64,000 bases of DNA from Polyangiaceae bacterium (GCA_965222375.1 CBDCTZ010000011.1:256001-320000), one strand, 5' to 3'; counted from the first letter of the stretch, positions 29,723-39,415 are shown. Program-made: numbers and translations. Notes: a model not told the origin generated them from the sequence alone.

Positions 29723-30853
29723 TCAGCGCCGGCGATGGAACGGCAAGAAAATCGGAAGGACGTCGGTGCCATTGCTAGCAGCTGGCACGGCCAGCGATCG
29801 TCGCTTGGTGATGCCACTCGGGGTGCCGTGAAACACGTCCAAGGTTGCTTTGCCGCCCGCGACGGCGCGCCGCCGAACGACGTCGCCATGGCCGTCGCAA
29901 TCGATGTCACCGGCGGCGTCCAAGCTGCCGCTCTGGCTGATCAGGAAAAACTCCTTGGCATCCGTGGACAGCGCCAAGCCATACTCGGCCTCGGGGAAGG
30001 CGGGAGTTTTTGGTGAATGGAGCAGGAAGTCGACGCCTCCATCGCCATTGACATCCCCGAGCACCTTTGCCCTGGCAGCTCTCCCGTTGCCCAGTGAAAG
30101 CGTCCCTGCGGCGACGGGAACGTCGAGCCCGGTGTCAGTGCCAGCGATGAGGGTGAGCCGGATGCTGCTGGCGTACAGCGTGTTCATCCCGATGGCGTCA
30201 GGTAACCCATCGCCGGTGACGTCACCCACGCTGACGTAGCGGCGACCACCCTCCTCGACCTCTAGGACGGACCCCAGGATATCTCCGGTGTCGGTGACCA
30301 GCTCCAGCGTGACCTCACTGCCCGACCGCTTCCAGCGGAGCATCTCTTCCCGCCCGTCACCGTTCACGTCACCGAAAGTCGTCGAATCGTCGTACCCTGG
30401 CGCCGCGACATCCGCGGAAGGGCATTTCAGTCCAGCAGGGATGGTGACTAGCTCCCCGTTTTCGCTTCTGAGTACGGTCGTTGGATCACAGTTTTCCTCC
30501 GCGGCACCTTGCTGGTTGGCGTAGAAGGCCACGTCCGTCAGTCCGAGGCCCCGGGGATCTCCAAGGGAGTACGCCACCAGGTTGTGCCCCCACCCGCTTT
30601 CCCAACGGAATTCCATGGGTTTGCCGTAGCTCTTGGGGCCGCCCAGATACACGCTCGCGCGCCACGATGGTGCTTCGCCGCCTCCCTTCCACACGGCATC
30701 CTCGGGAACGACCAAGTCTGCGAAGCCGTCGCCATTCAGGTCATGGCTCGACTCGCACACCACGTTTTCGATGGTCTCGGCGGGAGCCTCGCTGCTTACC
30801 TGGCCGCAGGCGAGGGTCGACAGGGCTGCCAGCATGAGTGTCGGCGTCTTCAT
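29723..30853 (-). CDS. FG-GAP/VCBS-repeat lipoprotein
   Basis: Lipobox TLAC; repeats DLNGDGFADL, GDVNGDGREE, GDVTGDGLPD, GDVNGDGGVD, GDIDCDGHGD. Confidence 0.85.
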   Translation of the reverse strand: MKTPTLMLAALSTLACGQVSSEAPAETIENVVCESSHDLNGDGFADLVVPEDAVWKGGGEAPSWRASVYLGGPKSYGKPMEFRWESGWGHNLVAYSLGDPRGLGLTDVAFYANQQGAAEENCDPTTVLRSENGELVTIPAGLKCPSADVAAPGYDDSTTFGDVNGDGREEMLRWKRSGSEVTLELVTDTGDILGSVLEVEEGGRRYVSVGDVTGDGLPDAIGMNTLYASSIRLTLIAGTDTGLDVPVAAGTLSLGNGRAARAKVLGDVNGDGGVDFLLHSPKTPAFPEAEYGLALSTDAKEFFLISQSGSLDAAGDIDCDGHGDVVRRRAVAGGKATLDVFHGTPSGITKRRSLAVPAASNGTDVLPIFLPFHRRR

Positions 30854-31033
30854 TGTGTGCGGCGCTCCAAGCAATTCACATGCCTGCCGTATCCGGCAAA
30901 AGCCGGATGCTTTTCGGACCTGCGGATGTGCCAGGTGTGCCAGGTCCGTGCCGCCGATCCCCCGGCTGCCCCAGTGCAGCAGGTAGGTTTCACCGAGATT
31001 GCCGTATAAACGCGGCCACTGGAGGAGTGCCGC

Positions 31034-31981
31034 ATGGTCTTGTTCTGCCGCAGTATTGCCAATTCACAGCGCTTTCAGACGTTCGTTACTTGGGTCATCG
31101 TGCTTGCGGGCGTGCTCGTCGGCATGGAGACCTACCCAGGACTGGTAGCGCGGCATGGCGACATCCTGCATGCGCTCGATAAGCTCGTGCTGGGCATCTT
31201 CGTCTTGGAGATCGCCATCAAGATGATAGGCGAGGGCAAGAGGCCGTGGCGCTTCTTCAACGACAGTTGGAACATCTTCGACTTCGTGATCGTCGCGGCG
31301 GCGTTCCTTCCCGTGGGTAGCCAGTACGTGACCGTGCTTCGCCTAGCTCGCTTGCTCCGCGTGTTGCGCCTGGTTCGAGCCCTTCCGCGGCTGCAGGTGC
31401 TCGTCAGCGCGTTGCTCAAGAGCATTCCCAGCATGGGCTACGTTTCCCTGCTCCTGTTCTTGCTGTTCTACGTGTACGGCGTAGCGGGCGTGTTCCTGTT
31501 TGGCGAGAACGACCCAGTCCATTTCAACTCGCTGCAGCTGGCAATGGTCAGCTTGTTTCGCGCGGTGACCCTCGAGGATTGGACTGACCTGATGTACATT
31601 CAAATGTACGGTTGCGAGGCCTACGGGTACGAGGGCAACCCCTTGTGTACCGCTTCCCAAGCCTACCCGGTTGCGGGCGCCGTCTTTTTCATCAGCTTCG
31701 TATTGCTGGGCACGATGATCATCTTGAACTTGTTCATCGGCGTGATCATGAACGGCATGGCGGAAGCTCAAAGAGAGTCCGACGAATTCGCGGAAGCTCA
31801 GAAGTACCTGAGCGGTGAAGAGACCGACACCGAGCTCCACGACGACCTCGAGGAGCTAGAAAAGCAGATGGCACTGCTCCAGACTCAAATGGCGAAGCTC
31901 GGTCGTCGCGCCAAAGCCGAGCACAGCGCGAGGAGCCCTGACCGGACGTTGCGGGACGCCTTGCCCAGCCCGGCGGAGTAG
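31034..31981 (+). CDS. Bacterial voltage-gated cation channel (BacNav family), selectivity filter TLEDWTD
   Basis: S4 helix LRLARLLRVLRLVR, WNIFDF, pore AVTLEDWTD, S6 ILNLFIGVI and a C-terminal coiled coil; SD GGAGGAG. Confidence 0.93.
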   Translation: MVLFCRSIANSQRFQTFVTWVIVLAGVLVGMETYPGLVARHGDILHALDKLVLGIFVLEIAIKMIGEGKRPWRFFNDSWNIFDFVIVAAAFLPVGSQYVTVLRLARLLRVLRLVRALPRLQVLVSALLKSIPSMGYVSLLLFLLFYVYGVAGVFLFGENDPVHFNSLQLAMVSLFRAVTLEDWTDLMYIQMYGCEAYGYEGNPLCTASQAYPVAGAVFFISFVLLGTMIILNLFIGVIMNGMAEAQRESDEFAEAQKYLSGEETDTELHDDLEELEKQMALLQTQMAKLGRRAKAEHSARSPDRTLRDALPSPAE

Positions 31982-32004
31982 TTTCCGGCGGATGAGTTTG
32001 CTGG

Positions 32005-32364
32005 CTATAACGACGGGAAGATCGCCACCATGAACACGATCAAACCCAGTGCGAGAAACAAGCCGCAACCGCAACCGCAACCCCAGGGCGCGGCTTTGCC
32101 GGCACCTGGTTTGTTCTTCAGCGCAAAGCGCCCGAGCAGCGCACCGATGCCCGCGCCCCAGAAGAACCCGACCGGGCCCGCCACGACGTAGGAAGCCATT
32201 ACGCCCGCTGACTCCGAATCTGCGGCGGCAATGCCGATGATGGCGCCTCCAAACAGCGTACCAAGCACCGCCAGCACGTTGAAGACGATCACTGCCGTTT
32301 TGCCCACCGGCGGCTCGGACGCGCTAGCCTCCTGCCCTGGCGGTGGTCCGTAGTGCTGTTGCAT
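32005..32364 (-). CDS. Small hypothetical membrane protein (3 TM, GCGCGC motif)
   Basis: In-frame start MQQHYGPPPG at 32364; hydrophobic helices. Confidence 0.65.
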   Translation of the reverse strand: MQQHYGPPPGQEASASEPPVGKTAVIVFNVLAVLGTLFGGAIIGIAAADSESAGVMASYVVAGPVGFFWGAGIGALLGRFALKNKPGAGKAAPWGCGCGCGLFLALGLIVFMVAIFPSL

Positions 32365-32497
32365 CGACTCTGCGTAACACGAGAGGGCCGAGCCGCGAAA
32401 GAAAGCAGAGAGTAGAAACCCGTCAGAACGGCGGGGCGAGACCCGGGCGCGAGGCGTACCTCCAGCCTGCGTTTTCGGACCAGACGCAGCGCGTGAC

Positions 32498-33406
32498 CTA
32501 TTCGTAGCCGCAGACCTTGACGTTCGGTGGAAGGCTTCCGTCGCCGGGCGGCTTGCAGCTCTGCGCAACCAGGCCGAAGTGTTTGGGACAGTCCGCAATG
32601 GAAGCGCACAGAATGGGGTCGAAGCGATCACCCGCGAAGCTATGCCCCGCGCAGCTGAAGGACTGCGCAGGGCTGCTGGAAAAGCGGCCGCAGGCATAGC
32701 CCGCGCAGTCTGCGTTGTTCGCGCAGGCGAGCCTCGCGATGCCGCCCATGCCCTCGCCCGGACATGAGTCGGCGCACTCTCCCTGCTTGGTCTTGACGTT
32801 CCAGCAGCAGTAGGGCGTTTTCCCATCGCAGCGCTTGCCGCCGCAGGTCACGCCGGGGTTGGCCAGCACGCAAGAGCCCTGCTTGCTGCCCTCCGCGGCC
32901 AGACACTCGAAGCCGTCTGGGCACGCCCCACCAGGGTTGCAGACCCCACCTGGCTCTGACTCGCAGCGGGGAGACTCGCAGGCGTGCAGCGGCGGGCAAC
33001 CCCCGGTGCACGTGGCAGTGCTGCAGCACGCGCCCCCAGGGCAGTCTTCGGCGCCGTCGCAGTATTTGGTGAGGGCCTTGTCGCCGCAGGGTGCCTGGCT
33101 CGGATCCGACGGGCGCGGCACGCAGCGCTGGCCGTCTTCCACGAAGTCAGCGCAGCACACCTGGGTCGCGAGATCGCAGAGGGCCCCGTCACAGGAGATC
33201 TTTCCCGGGGTCGAAGCGCTCGCGCGCTTCGGGCTTTCGGGCGCCGCGGCCGGCGCCGTGGAAGCAATCGGCACGGTCATCGACGCTTGTGGCGGTGAGT
33301 CGCCACTCGGCGTGCCGCTCTTGCGACACGTGACTGTCGCCAACGCCGCGGCGATCAACAAGGCGCCTTGCGAGTATCGACTACTGGGCATGCTCAAGCT
33401 CCACAT
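32498..33406 (-). CDS. Cys-rich secreted lipoprotein
   Basis: Signal with ATVTC; two copies of a C-x4-C-x6-CC...C-x5-DC module. Confidence 0.75.
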   Translation of the reverse strand: MWSLSMPSSRYSQGALLIAAALATVTCRKSGTPSGDSPPQASMTVPIASTAPAAAPESPKRASASTPGKISCDGALCDLATQVCCADFVEDGQRCVPRPSDPSQAPCGDKALTKYCDGAEDCPGGACCSTATCTGGCPPLHACESPRCESEPGGVCNPGGACPDGFECLAAEGSKQGSCVLANPGVTCGGKRCDGKTPYCCWNVKTKQGECADSCPGEGMGGIARLACANNADCAGYACGRFSSSPAQSFSCAGHSFAGDRFDPILCASIADCPKHFGLVAQSCKPPGDGSLPPNVKVCGYE

Positions 33407-33438
33407 GTGAGTCTGCCACAGTACCCGGTATCACCAGT

Positions 33439-34056
33439 TTACGGACACTCATCGTCGTGACCCGTTCGGAACTCCGTGCGGCGATTCTGCGCGGTCTTCG
33501 CGCTCAGCGGGCGTTTCGCGCCGAAGCCGACTGCGCGAAGCCGCGAGGCGTCGACGCCGCGTTTGACCAGGTAGCGTTTGACGCTCTCGGCGCGCCGAGT
33601 GCTCAAGGATTTCGCATTTGGCTCACTGCGGTCAGCGTGTCCTTGAACCTCGAGACAGAGGTTTGGGCGCTCGATCAGAATGCTGGCGGTGGCGTCCAAG
33701 GTCGCCAAGCTGCCCGGATTGGGGTTGCTGGCGCCCCAGGCGAACTCGACTTTGGGTGGAATGATGATGCTCAAGCAAACCCGCACGACTGCTGGCGCGT
33801 AGGCGTCGGGTGCCGCATCGGCGTTCCGCGCGAGGCCGGCGTCCACAGGTCCGGCTTTCACAGCGGCGTCCTCGCGACCCTCCGCCGCCGAAGGTGCTTC
33901 TGGATTTGGCTCGACCCGCGCGCTTGAGTCGCGGGGTTGTGGGGGCTGCGGACTATCCGCTCCCGTATGGTTAGGGCCGCAGCCACCGATGGCGGCGAGC
34001 GCCGAACTCAGGAAGAGGGCGCGCCGTTCGAGGATTCGGTCGCAATCGCTAGCCAC
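33439..34056 (-). CDS. OmpA-family (peptidoglycan-binding) lipoprotein
   Basis: EVQGHAD, LSTRRAESVKRYL, GVDASRL...GFG..RP, NRRTEF; RRALFL...GGC signal. Start placed at GTG 34056. Confidence 0.88.
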   Translation of the reverse strand: MASDCDRILERRALFLSSALAAIGGCGPNHTGADSPQPPQPRDSSARVEPNPEAPSAAEGREDAAVKAGPVDAGLARNADAAPDAYAPAVVRVCLSIIIPPKVEFAWGASNPNPGSLATLDATASILIERPNLCLEVQGHADRSEPNAKSLSTRRAESVKRYLVKRGVDASRLRAVGFGAKRPLSAKTAQNRRTEFRTGHDDECP

Positions 34057-34058
34057 GG

Positions 34059-34664
34059 CTAATCCCAGCTCACCCTTAGCTTTGCGCGATCTGGCTGGGA
34101 ACTCAGGACTCGAACATGCGGGTTCTTGCCATTGGACGCTTCGAGGGCGGCGGTGAAGCCACGGCCGATGGAGCGGTGACCGAGGCTCGGGTACAGATGT
34201 GGCGGGTGGCGCAGGGTCAACAGTGCGCCCTTCGTTTCGGCTTCCGCCCGCAGGGTGGAGCCCTTGTGAATGAAGCTCCAACTCATGCTCGCGCCTTTGA
34301 CCAGGACTCCCGGTGACGCCAACTTCGTGAGCGCCCGATACATGCGCGAGTGGGCAAGCTTGTGATTGGCTGAGTAGGTCAGCTGAAGCAGCTCGTCCTC
34401 GTCCATGCCGAACATGTCCATCAGTGCGAAATGCGCGGCAACGAAATGGGTTTCCGGGATCCAGACGCTCGGGGGTGGGAGCTCGTCTAGCAAGAGCCGC
34501 AATTCGTCAGGTAGCCCACGGGTGCTACCCCCGGTGGGGAACTCGGCGACGACGGCTCTCAGCAACGAGCACTTGGCCAGGCATTTCGGATATGAGTCGG
34601 CTCCGTCTGGAAGGCGCGCCAGATAGGCGGCGAGGTTTGGGTAGTCCTCCGAGCGAAAAGCCAC
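34059..34664 (-). CDS. Hypothetical protein (possibly DUF2378/heme-NO-binding-like myxobacterial family)
   Basis: Clean ORF coupled to the OmpA gene; the PPPSVWIPE and WSFIHKGS segments resemble myxobacterial paralog families. Weak assignment. Confidence 0.55.
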   Translation of the reverse strand: MAFRSEDYPNLAAYLARLPDGADSYPKCLAKCSLLRAVVAEFPTGGSTRGLPDELRLLLDELPPPSVWIPETHFVAAHFALMDMFGMDEDELLQLTYSANHKLAHSRMYRALTKLASPGVLVKGASMSWSFIHKGSTLRAEAETKGALLTLRHPPHLYPSLGHRSIGRGFTAALEASNGKNPHVRVLSSQPDRAKLRVSWD

Positions 34665-34724
34665 GCCCCAAGTGTAGCGGAGATCCGACGAAGCGCGTCA
34701 GCAGACTCCCGCTGGGTGCTGAGC

Positions 34725-35756
34725 CTACTCGAACAGAACGCCCAAGGAGAAGCGCCCGATGATGCTCACCGGGAATAGGTTGCCGTTCAGGTTCACGGGC
34801 TCGATGGTCGTGCGATCCGTCGCTATCTGCAGTTCGTCGTCGCAGTCGTCGGTTTGCACTTGGGCGACGGAAGTGGCGTTTTGGGTGAAGCAGCGCTGCT
34901 GCTTGTTTAGCTCGACGCCTAGCCCGATGCCCCCGGCGAGGGTGAATGCCCCCCAGTTGGCCTGCGTCCCGAACATGGCGAAGGCTTCCCGTTGGGTCAC
35001 CTTTACGCTGTCGATCTCGCCTGCATCGTCCGCGGTCGCGTACCGATAGCCGTAGGTCGCAAGCCCCAAACGAATGACGTAGCCGTGGAATGCAGTCCCA
35101 TCGAGCCACAAGCCTACGTCCAGAGCAGCGCCGCTGATGGGCCCGACTCCGTTGGACTCCTGGCGGAGCACGTCCGGAGCGCCCGAAAGGTTCAGAGTGG
35201 GGGGCTTCTCTTGCACGACAAAGGTGGGAACTAGCTCCACGGTCATGAAGTCGAGGAGTCCGAACTCGAGTTCCAAGCCCAAGCGCCCCTCGAGCAACCA
35301 GTTGAATGGGTCGATGCGTGCGGACCAGGGTGGGATTTCGAAGCCACCGCCTTCGTCCGATCCTTCAGGCTCCTCGAGGGGAGGTGGCGCCTCCGGCTCC
35401 AGCGGCGCGTAGAGCGGATCGCCTTCATAGGGCGCCGTGGCTACCGGGGGCGGTTCCGGCTGAGCGGGCGGCCGCGGTGGAGGTGACTCAGCGGGTGGAG
35501 TCGGTGCAGCGGGCTGAGTGGGTTCGGCTGGCGGCGCGCTCGGTTCAGGTGGCGGCTGGGTCGGTTCAGCTGGAGGTGTCGCTGGAGGCGGCGTTGTCGG
35601 TGGAGTGTCTCCCGGCTTGGAGTCCGAAGTGGAGGGCGGCGGGGCCGGTTCGGTCGGAGCCGCAGGATCAGCTGGTGGCTCCGGTGCGTCTGGCTGCGCC
35701 CAGCCCGGGCTGGTGAACAAGAGTAGCGTGGCAAATGCTGAGAGCCTGAAACCCAT
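34725..35756 (-). CDS. Secreted protein with Pro-rich N-terminus and probable outer-membrane beta-barrel
   Basis: Signal peptide ending GWA-Q; alternating beta strands; terminal GRFSLGVLFE. Confidence 0.7.
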   Translation of the reverse strand: MGFRLSAFATLLLFTSPGWAQPDAPEPPADPAAPTEPAPPPSTSDSKPGDTPPTTPPPATPPAEPTQPPPEPSAPPAEPTQPAAPTPPAESPPPRPPAQPEPPPVATAPYEGDPLYAPLEPEAPPPLEEPEGSDEGGGFEIPPWSARIDPFNWLLEGRLGLELEFGLLDFMTVELVPTFVVQEKPPTLNLSGAPDVLRQESNGVGPISGAALDVGLWLDGTAFHGYVIRLGLATYGYRYATADDAGEIDSVKVTQREAFAMFGTQANWGAFTLAGGIGLGVELNKQQRCFTQNATSVAQVQTDDCDDELQIATDRTTIEPVNLNGNLFPVSIIGRFSLGVLFE

Positions 35757-35818
35757 GCCACCCTTCTTAGGGCCGACCTCCGGCCGCGTAAATGCTGGGG
35801 GCGTCTGGCTCCTTGGAG

Positions 35819-36136
35819 CTAGCCCTTGGGCTTCGGAAGCCGGACCTGACTCGTGACTTCGAGTTCGGAGTCTTCCGACCAGTCGACGACCACCGGCGCT
35901 GGGGCGTCCGTCGCGTCGGCGTCGGGCCACTCATCGGCGCTCACACGCTGCTCGACGGAAAAGGCTTCGGCGCAGGCCTCCACGCAATCGCGACAGATGT
36001 GCACGAAGGGCAGGCCGCCGGCGTTGGGTCCGCCGCCTTCCACCAGGTCACCAGGTGCAAACTCCGAACCCCCACAAAAGGAGCACACGTAGGGCGGCTC
36101 AGAGCCAGCGATGTCGTTTTGGTCGCTGCGGGTCAC
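35819..36136 (-). CDS. Stand-alone ClpX-type C4 zinc-finger protein
   Basis: CSFCG...LVEG......HICRDCVEAC, with no AAA domain. Start placed at GTG 36136. Confidence 0.7.
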   Translation of the reverse strand: MTRSDQNDIAGSEPPYVCSFCGGSEFAPGDLVEGGGPNAGGLPFVHICRDCVEACAEAFSVEQRVSADEWPDADATDAPAPVVVDWSEDSELEVTSQVRLPKPKG

Positions 36137-36223
36137 GCGGGCAGCGTACTCGCCAGCCGGGCAAGCGCCCAGTTCTGTTCCGGTCGTCACCCGGAGCCAG
36201 GGCGTGAGCGGCCCGGGCGCGGG

Positions 36224-37000
36224 TCAATTGGCCGAAGATGGGCCGATTCGCGCGACGCTGAAGCCTGCCGGGCGGGCAAGACCCTCGGGTGACGGCCGAC
36301 CGCAGCCGGAACACCCTTCGCAATGCTTGGGTAGCTCGGAGACCGGGGGTGGTCCGCCGTAGCGTGCAAGGCCCATCGCGCGAAGCTGGGCTGCTTCCTC
36401 CGCAGGCAATTCCCGCACTTGCCCAAGCTGGCGCGCCGCCAGAAGCACCTTGGCCGTGTGCTCCATCGTTTCGAGTTTGCAGAAGGCATCCAGCAGACTG
36501 CTGCCAACGCACACCGCACCGTGCCGGTCCATCATGACCGCGTCGTGGGTTCGAGTTGCGCGGCCCACCAATTCGGCGAGTTCCTCGGTGCCTGTCCGCT
36601 CATACTCGAGGGTGGGGACGCCACCGATGGTCAGCACGGCTTCCGGCAGAACACATTGGGCCATGGAAACGCCAGCGACCGTAAAAGCGATGCACGTTGG
36701 GGGGTGCGCGTGCACCACAGCTTGGACCTCTCCGCGGGCGCGGTAGCAGGCAAGGTGCATTGCCATCTCGCTCGTCGGTTCTCCTCGTCCTCGCCGCTTG
36801 CGTCCTTCCAGGTCGACGATGACTAGGTCCTCGTCCTCCAGCAGCCCCTTGTGGCAACCAGCCCGGGTGCAGAGCAACAGGTCACCGCTCAGGCGCACGG
36901 AGAGATTGCCGTCCATGGCCACGAGCAGACTGCGATCGTGGCACATCCGCGCGAAGCGCAGGAGCGCTTGGCGTAGTGCGGTTTCCGGCGGGCGGCGCAT
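36224..37000 (-). CDS. Class II aldolase/adducin family protein
   Basis: DGNLSVR, PTSEMAMH..CY, AVVHAHPP, DRHGAV, ETMEH.A. Confidence 0.9.
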   Translation of the reverse strand: MRRPPETALRQALLRFARMCHDRSLLVAMDGNLSVRLSGDLLLCTRAGCHKGLLEDEDLVIVDLEGRKRRGRGEPTSEMAMHLACYRARGEVQAVVHAHPPTCIAFTVAGVSMAQCVLPEAVLTIGGVPTLEYERTGTEELAELVGRATRTHDAVMMDRHGAVCVGSSLLDAFCKLETMEHTAKVLLAARQLGQVRELPAEEAAQLRAMGLARYGGPPPVSELPKHCEGCSGCGRPSPEGLARPAGFSVARIGPSSAN

Positions 37001-37154
37001 TGCAGCCGCGGATGGTATCGGCCTGCCCAGGCAGCCACAAGGATTGGTTCTCGCCCTGGAACCAAAGGGCCTTGTGCCGCGTAGCTTCATCAACCCACGC
37101 CCGGACCGCAGGGGCACTCTGTCGAGCCAGGGCTGTTCATGCTGGGAGTCAAGA

Positions 37155-37835
37155 ATGACCGTAGAAGCGCCCGCCGCACAGAATGCCGAGATTGCCGAGC
37201 TTCGCCAGAAGTTGGTCGAGCTCCGAAAAACCGTGGCCAATCTCCAGGACGCTCATGAGCGCGCGCTCAAAGTATTCGAGTTCTCAAATGATGCGATCGT
37301 GGTCTTTGACGTGGCTAGCGATGAGATCATCGACGTGAACCCACGTGCCTGCGCGATGTTGGGATACACGCGCGAAGAGCTCTTGGAAACGCCGGTCTCC
37401 GCGATGCACCCGGGTGAAATGTCGAGGTTTGCGGAATTCGCGCAGGGGGTTGCGGAGCAGGGCCACGGCTGGACCAACGAGCTGACCTGTATGACCAAGG
37501 ATCAGCGAAAGCTCCCAGCGGAGATTTCAGCTTCGGTGGTTACGCTGACTGGCCGGCACTGCTTGGTGGCGATGGTGCGGGATATCAGTGAGCGCAGACG
37601 TGTGGAGCTCGAGCGCGAACAGCTCGTAGCTGAACTCAGCGAAGCCCTTGCGAATGTGAAGACCCTCAGCGGACTGCTACCCATTTGCGCGGGGTGCAAG
37701 AAGATGCGCGACGAGGCCGGTCGCTGGCATCCGCTGGAGCAGTACATCAGTGAACGCTCGAGCGCCGAATTCACTCACGGGTTGTGCCAGCCTTGCTCTG
37801 AGCAGCTCTATCCGCAGCTAGCCGAAGAAGATTGA
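37155..37835 (+). CDS. Coiled-coil + PAS protein with C-terminal CxxC...HxxCxxC domain
   Basis: DVNPRAC.MLGYTREELL, VAMVRDISERRR, LSGLLPICAGCKKMRD...FTHGLCQPC. Confidence 0.85.
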   Translation: MTVEAPAAQNAEIAELRQKLVELRKTVANLQDAHERALKVFEFSNDAIVVFDVASDEIIDVNPRACAMLGYTREELLETPVSAMHPGEMSRFAEFAQGVAEQGHGWTNELTCMTKDQRKLPAEISASVVTLTGRHCLVAMVRDISERRRVELEREQLVAELSEALANVKTLSGLLPICAGCKKMRDEAGRWHPLEQYISERSSAEFTHGLCQPCSEQLYPQLAEED

Positions 37836-37890
37836 GCTTGGGTCGGCGCTCTGGCCTCGCGCCTGCGTCGTTTCAGGTTAGGCTCCGACC

Positions 37891-38805
37891 ATGGCGCGTT
37901 CGTCGATGCTCGTCCTCTTGACGCTGCTTGCCGCTGTCGCTTGTGGAAGCGATGGCGGTGGAGCATCGGGCAGTGGCGGGCTGGCGGGCACGAGTGCAAC
38001 CGGCGGTTTTGGGGGATCGGCAGCTGCCAGTGGCGGGGCTGGGCTCGGCGGCACCGCCGGCGGTGGAGCGGCGACAACCGGAGGCACTGCCGGCTCAGCT
38101 GGTAGTGGCGGAGCAGCGGGAAGTAGCGGTGGCGCGGCCGGAACTGCGGGGACGGCGGGCAGCGCAGGAGTAGCGGGCGCTGGTGGCTCGACCAGCGTTC
38201 CCCTCCCGGGCTTTGGCGCGTTGTCAGGGGACTGCGGTCCGATAGACATGGTCGAACTCCTGTCTGGGCCGCACTTGTTTCACACCAACCTGGACTTCGC
38301 GTCGTTGAGCTTCGATTACAACGCGCTCTCCCTCGGCGGCAAGAAGGTGCACGACGAGGGGAACCTCGGCGGCAAGTCCCTGCATTCGGAGATATTCGCA
38401 TACGAAGTCTTGTACCGCTGTGAGCTGGCCGCCCTGCTCAAAACCGAGAGCAAGATCTTGTACCAGCCGGGCGCTACCAAGAAGACGGACTTGTTGGTGC
38501 AAATCGATGGTTACAAGATTGGGGTCAGCGTGACCCGGGCGTTCGCGTTTCCAGCGGGCAGTACCTACAGCGTTGCTCAGGCGAAGGCGCTGCTGGACGA
38601 CAAGCTGGGCGACATTCTAGTCAGTACGCAAGGCGTCAAGCCCGCTGACGCGTGGCAGAAACAGATACTGCACGTGTTGGCCTACAACGAGCAGCATCGC
38701 GACGCTCTCAAGCAAGCGTACCCAAGCGTGTCAGCACCCACCAAGGCGGACACCATCGTGATGGTCACGGTCACCGACGGCAGTGATGGCTTCATATACC
38801 AGTGA
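37891..38805 (+). CDS. Lipoprotein with Gly-rich linker and an AAC4-like (putative restriction-endonuclease-fold) domain
   Basis: Lipobox AVAC; NLGGKS.HSE..AYEVL...LLKTE..I.Y......TD........IGVSVTRA...LL..KL...W.KQILHV. Confidence 0.65.
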   Translation: MARSSMLVLLTLLAAVACGSDGGGASGSGGLAGTSATGGFGGSAAASGGAGLGGTAGGGAATTGGTAGSAGSGGAAGSSGGAAGTAGTAGSAGVAGAGGSTSVPLPGFGALSGDCGPIDMVELLSGPHLFHTNLDFASLSFDYNALSLGGKKVHDEGNLGGKSLHSEIFAYEVLYRCELAALLKTESKILYQPGATKKTDLLVQIDGYKIGVSVTRAFAFPAGSTYSVAQAKALLDDKLGDILVSTQGVKPADAWQKQILHVLAYNEQHRDALKQAYPSVSAPTKADTIVMVTVTDGSDGFIYQ

Positions 38806-38858
38806 GCTCTCCTGGCTGGAGCGTGACGCTGGAACCCCACCGAATACTACCGACTGCA

Positions 38859-39395
38859 CTAGGGCGTAGCAGTCGGCGCGGGGTGCGCTCGCACGATTGC
38901 GAGTTTGCCGTCGGTGGCCATGGCCAACACGGCCTCTAGGGGGCGCGCGGGATCATGCACCACCAGGGTTTCGCCTTCGCCCCAAAAGCTCGGCGCTTGG
39001 CTGCCCAGCCCGAGCTTGGCGATGCGCTCGGTGCCTGCCGCGTCCGTGAAGTTCACTACGTACGCCGCTGCATCGGCGAAGTACAATCGCCCCCTGCAGG
39101 GTGCACCGGTAGCCACGACTTGGCAGATTCGGCGCGCATCACTGTTCAAGGCGTAGTTGACGATCGCCAGCATGATGGCGGCCAAGACCAGAAGACCCAC
39201 TCCGGTCACAGCCGCGCCGACGTCTGGTCGAAGCACACCCAGGCCGAGATACACGATGCCCACGCCGCCAGGGAACGTGAGCATCAGTAGGGCGCCAATC
39301 GCCACCAGCGGTCTTCGCTTGGATCTCAACAATGGGACAAGCGCCTCGGCAGGGCGGGGTGGGGTCGCTTCCATCAATTTCGCTAGATCCGACAT
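38859..39395 (-). CDS. Hypothetical membrane protein (2 TM + small beta domain)
   Basis: Start MSDLAKLM at 39395, preceded by GGAGG. Confidence 0.6.
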   Translation of the reverse strand: MSDLAKLMEATPPRPAEALVPLLRSKRRPLVAIGALLMLTFPGGVGIVYLGLGVLRPDVGAAVTGVGLLVLAAIMLAIVNYALNSDARRICQVVATGAPCRGRLYFADAAAYVVNFTDAAGTERIAKLGLGSQAPSFWGEGETLVVHDPARPLEAVLAMATDGKLAIVRAHPAPTATP

Positions 39396-39415
39396 GTGCA
39401 AAGCGCCTCCAGGTT

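Noticed and set aside
30925..30955. GTGCCAGGT short tandem repeat with sigma-54-like spacing on the minus strand
   Set aside because: GG-N10-GC spacing is present, but the -12 element lacks TTGC/CTGC. Too weak to call.
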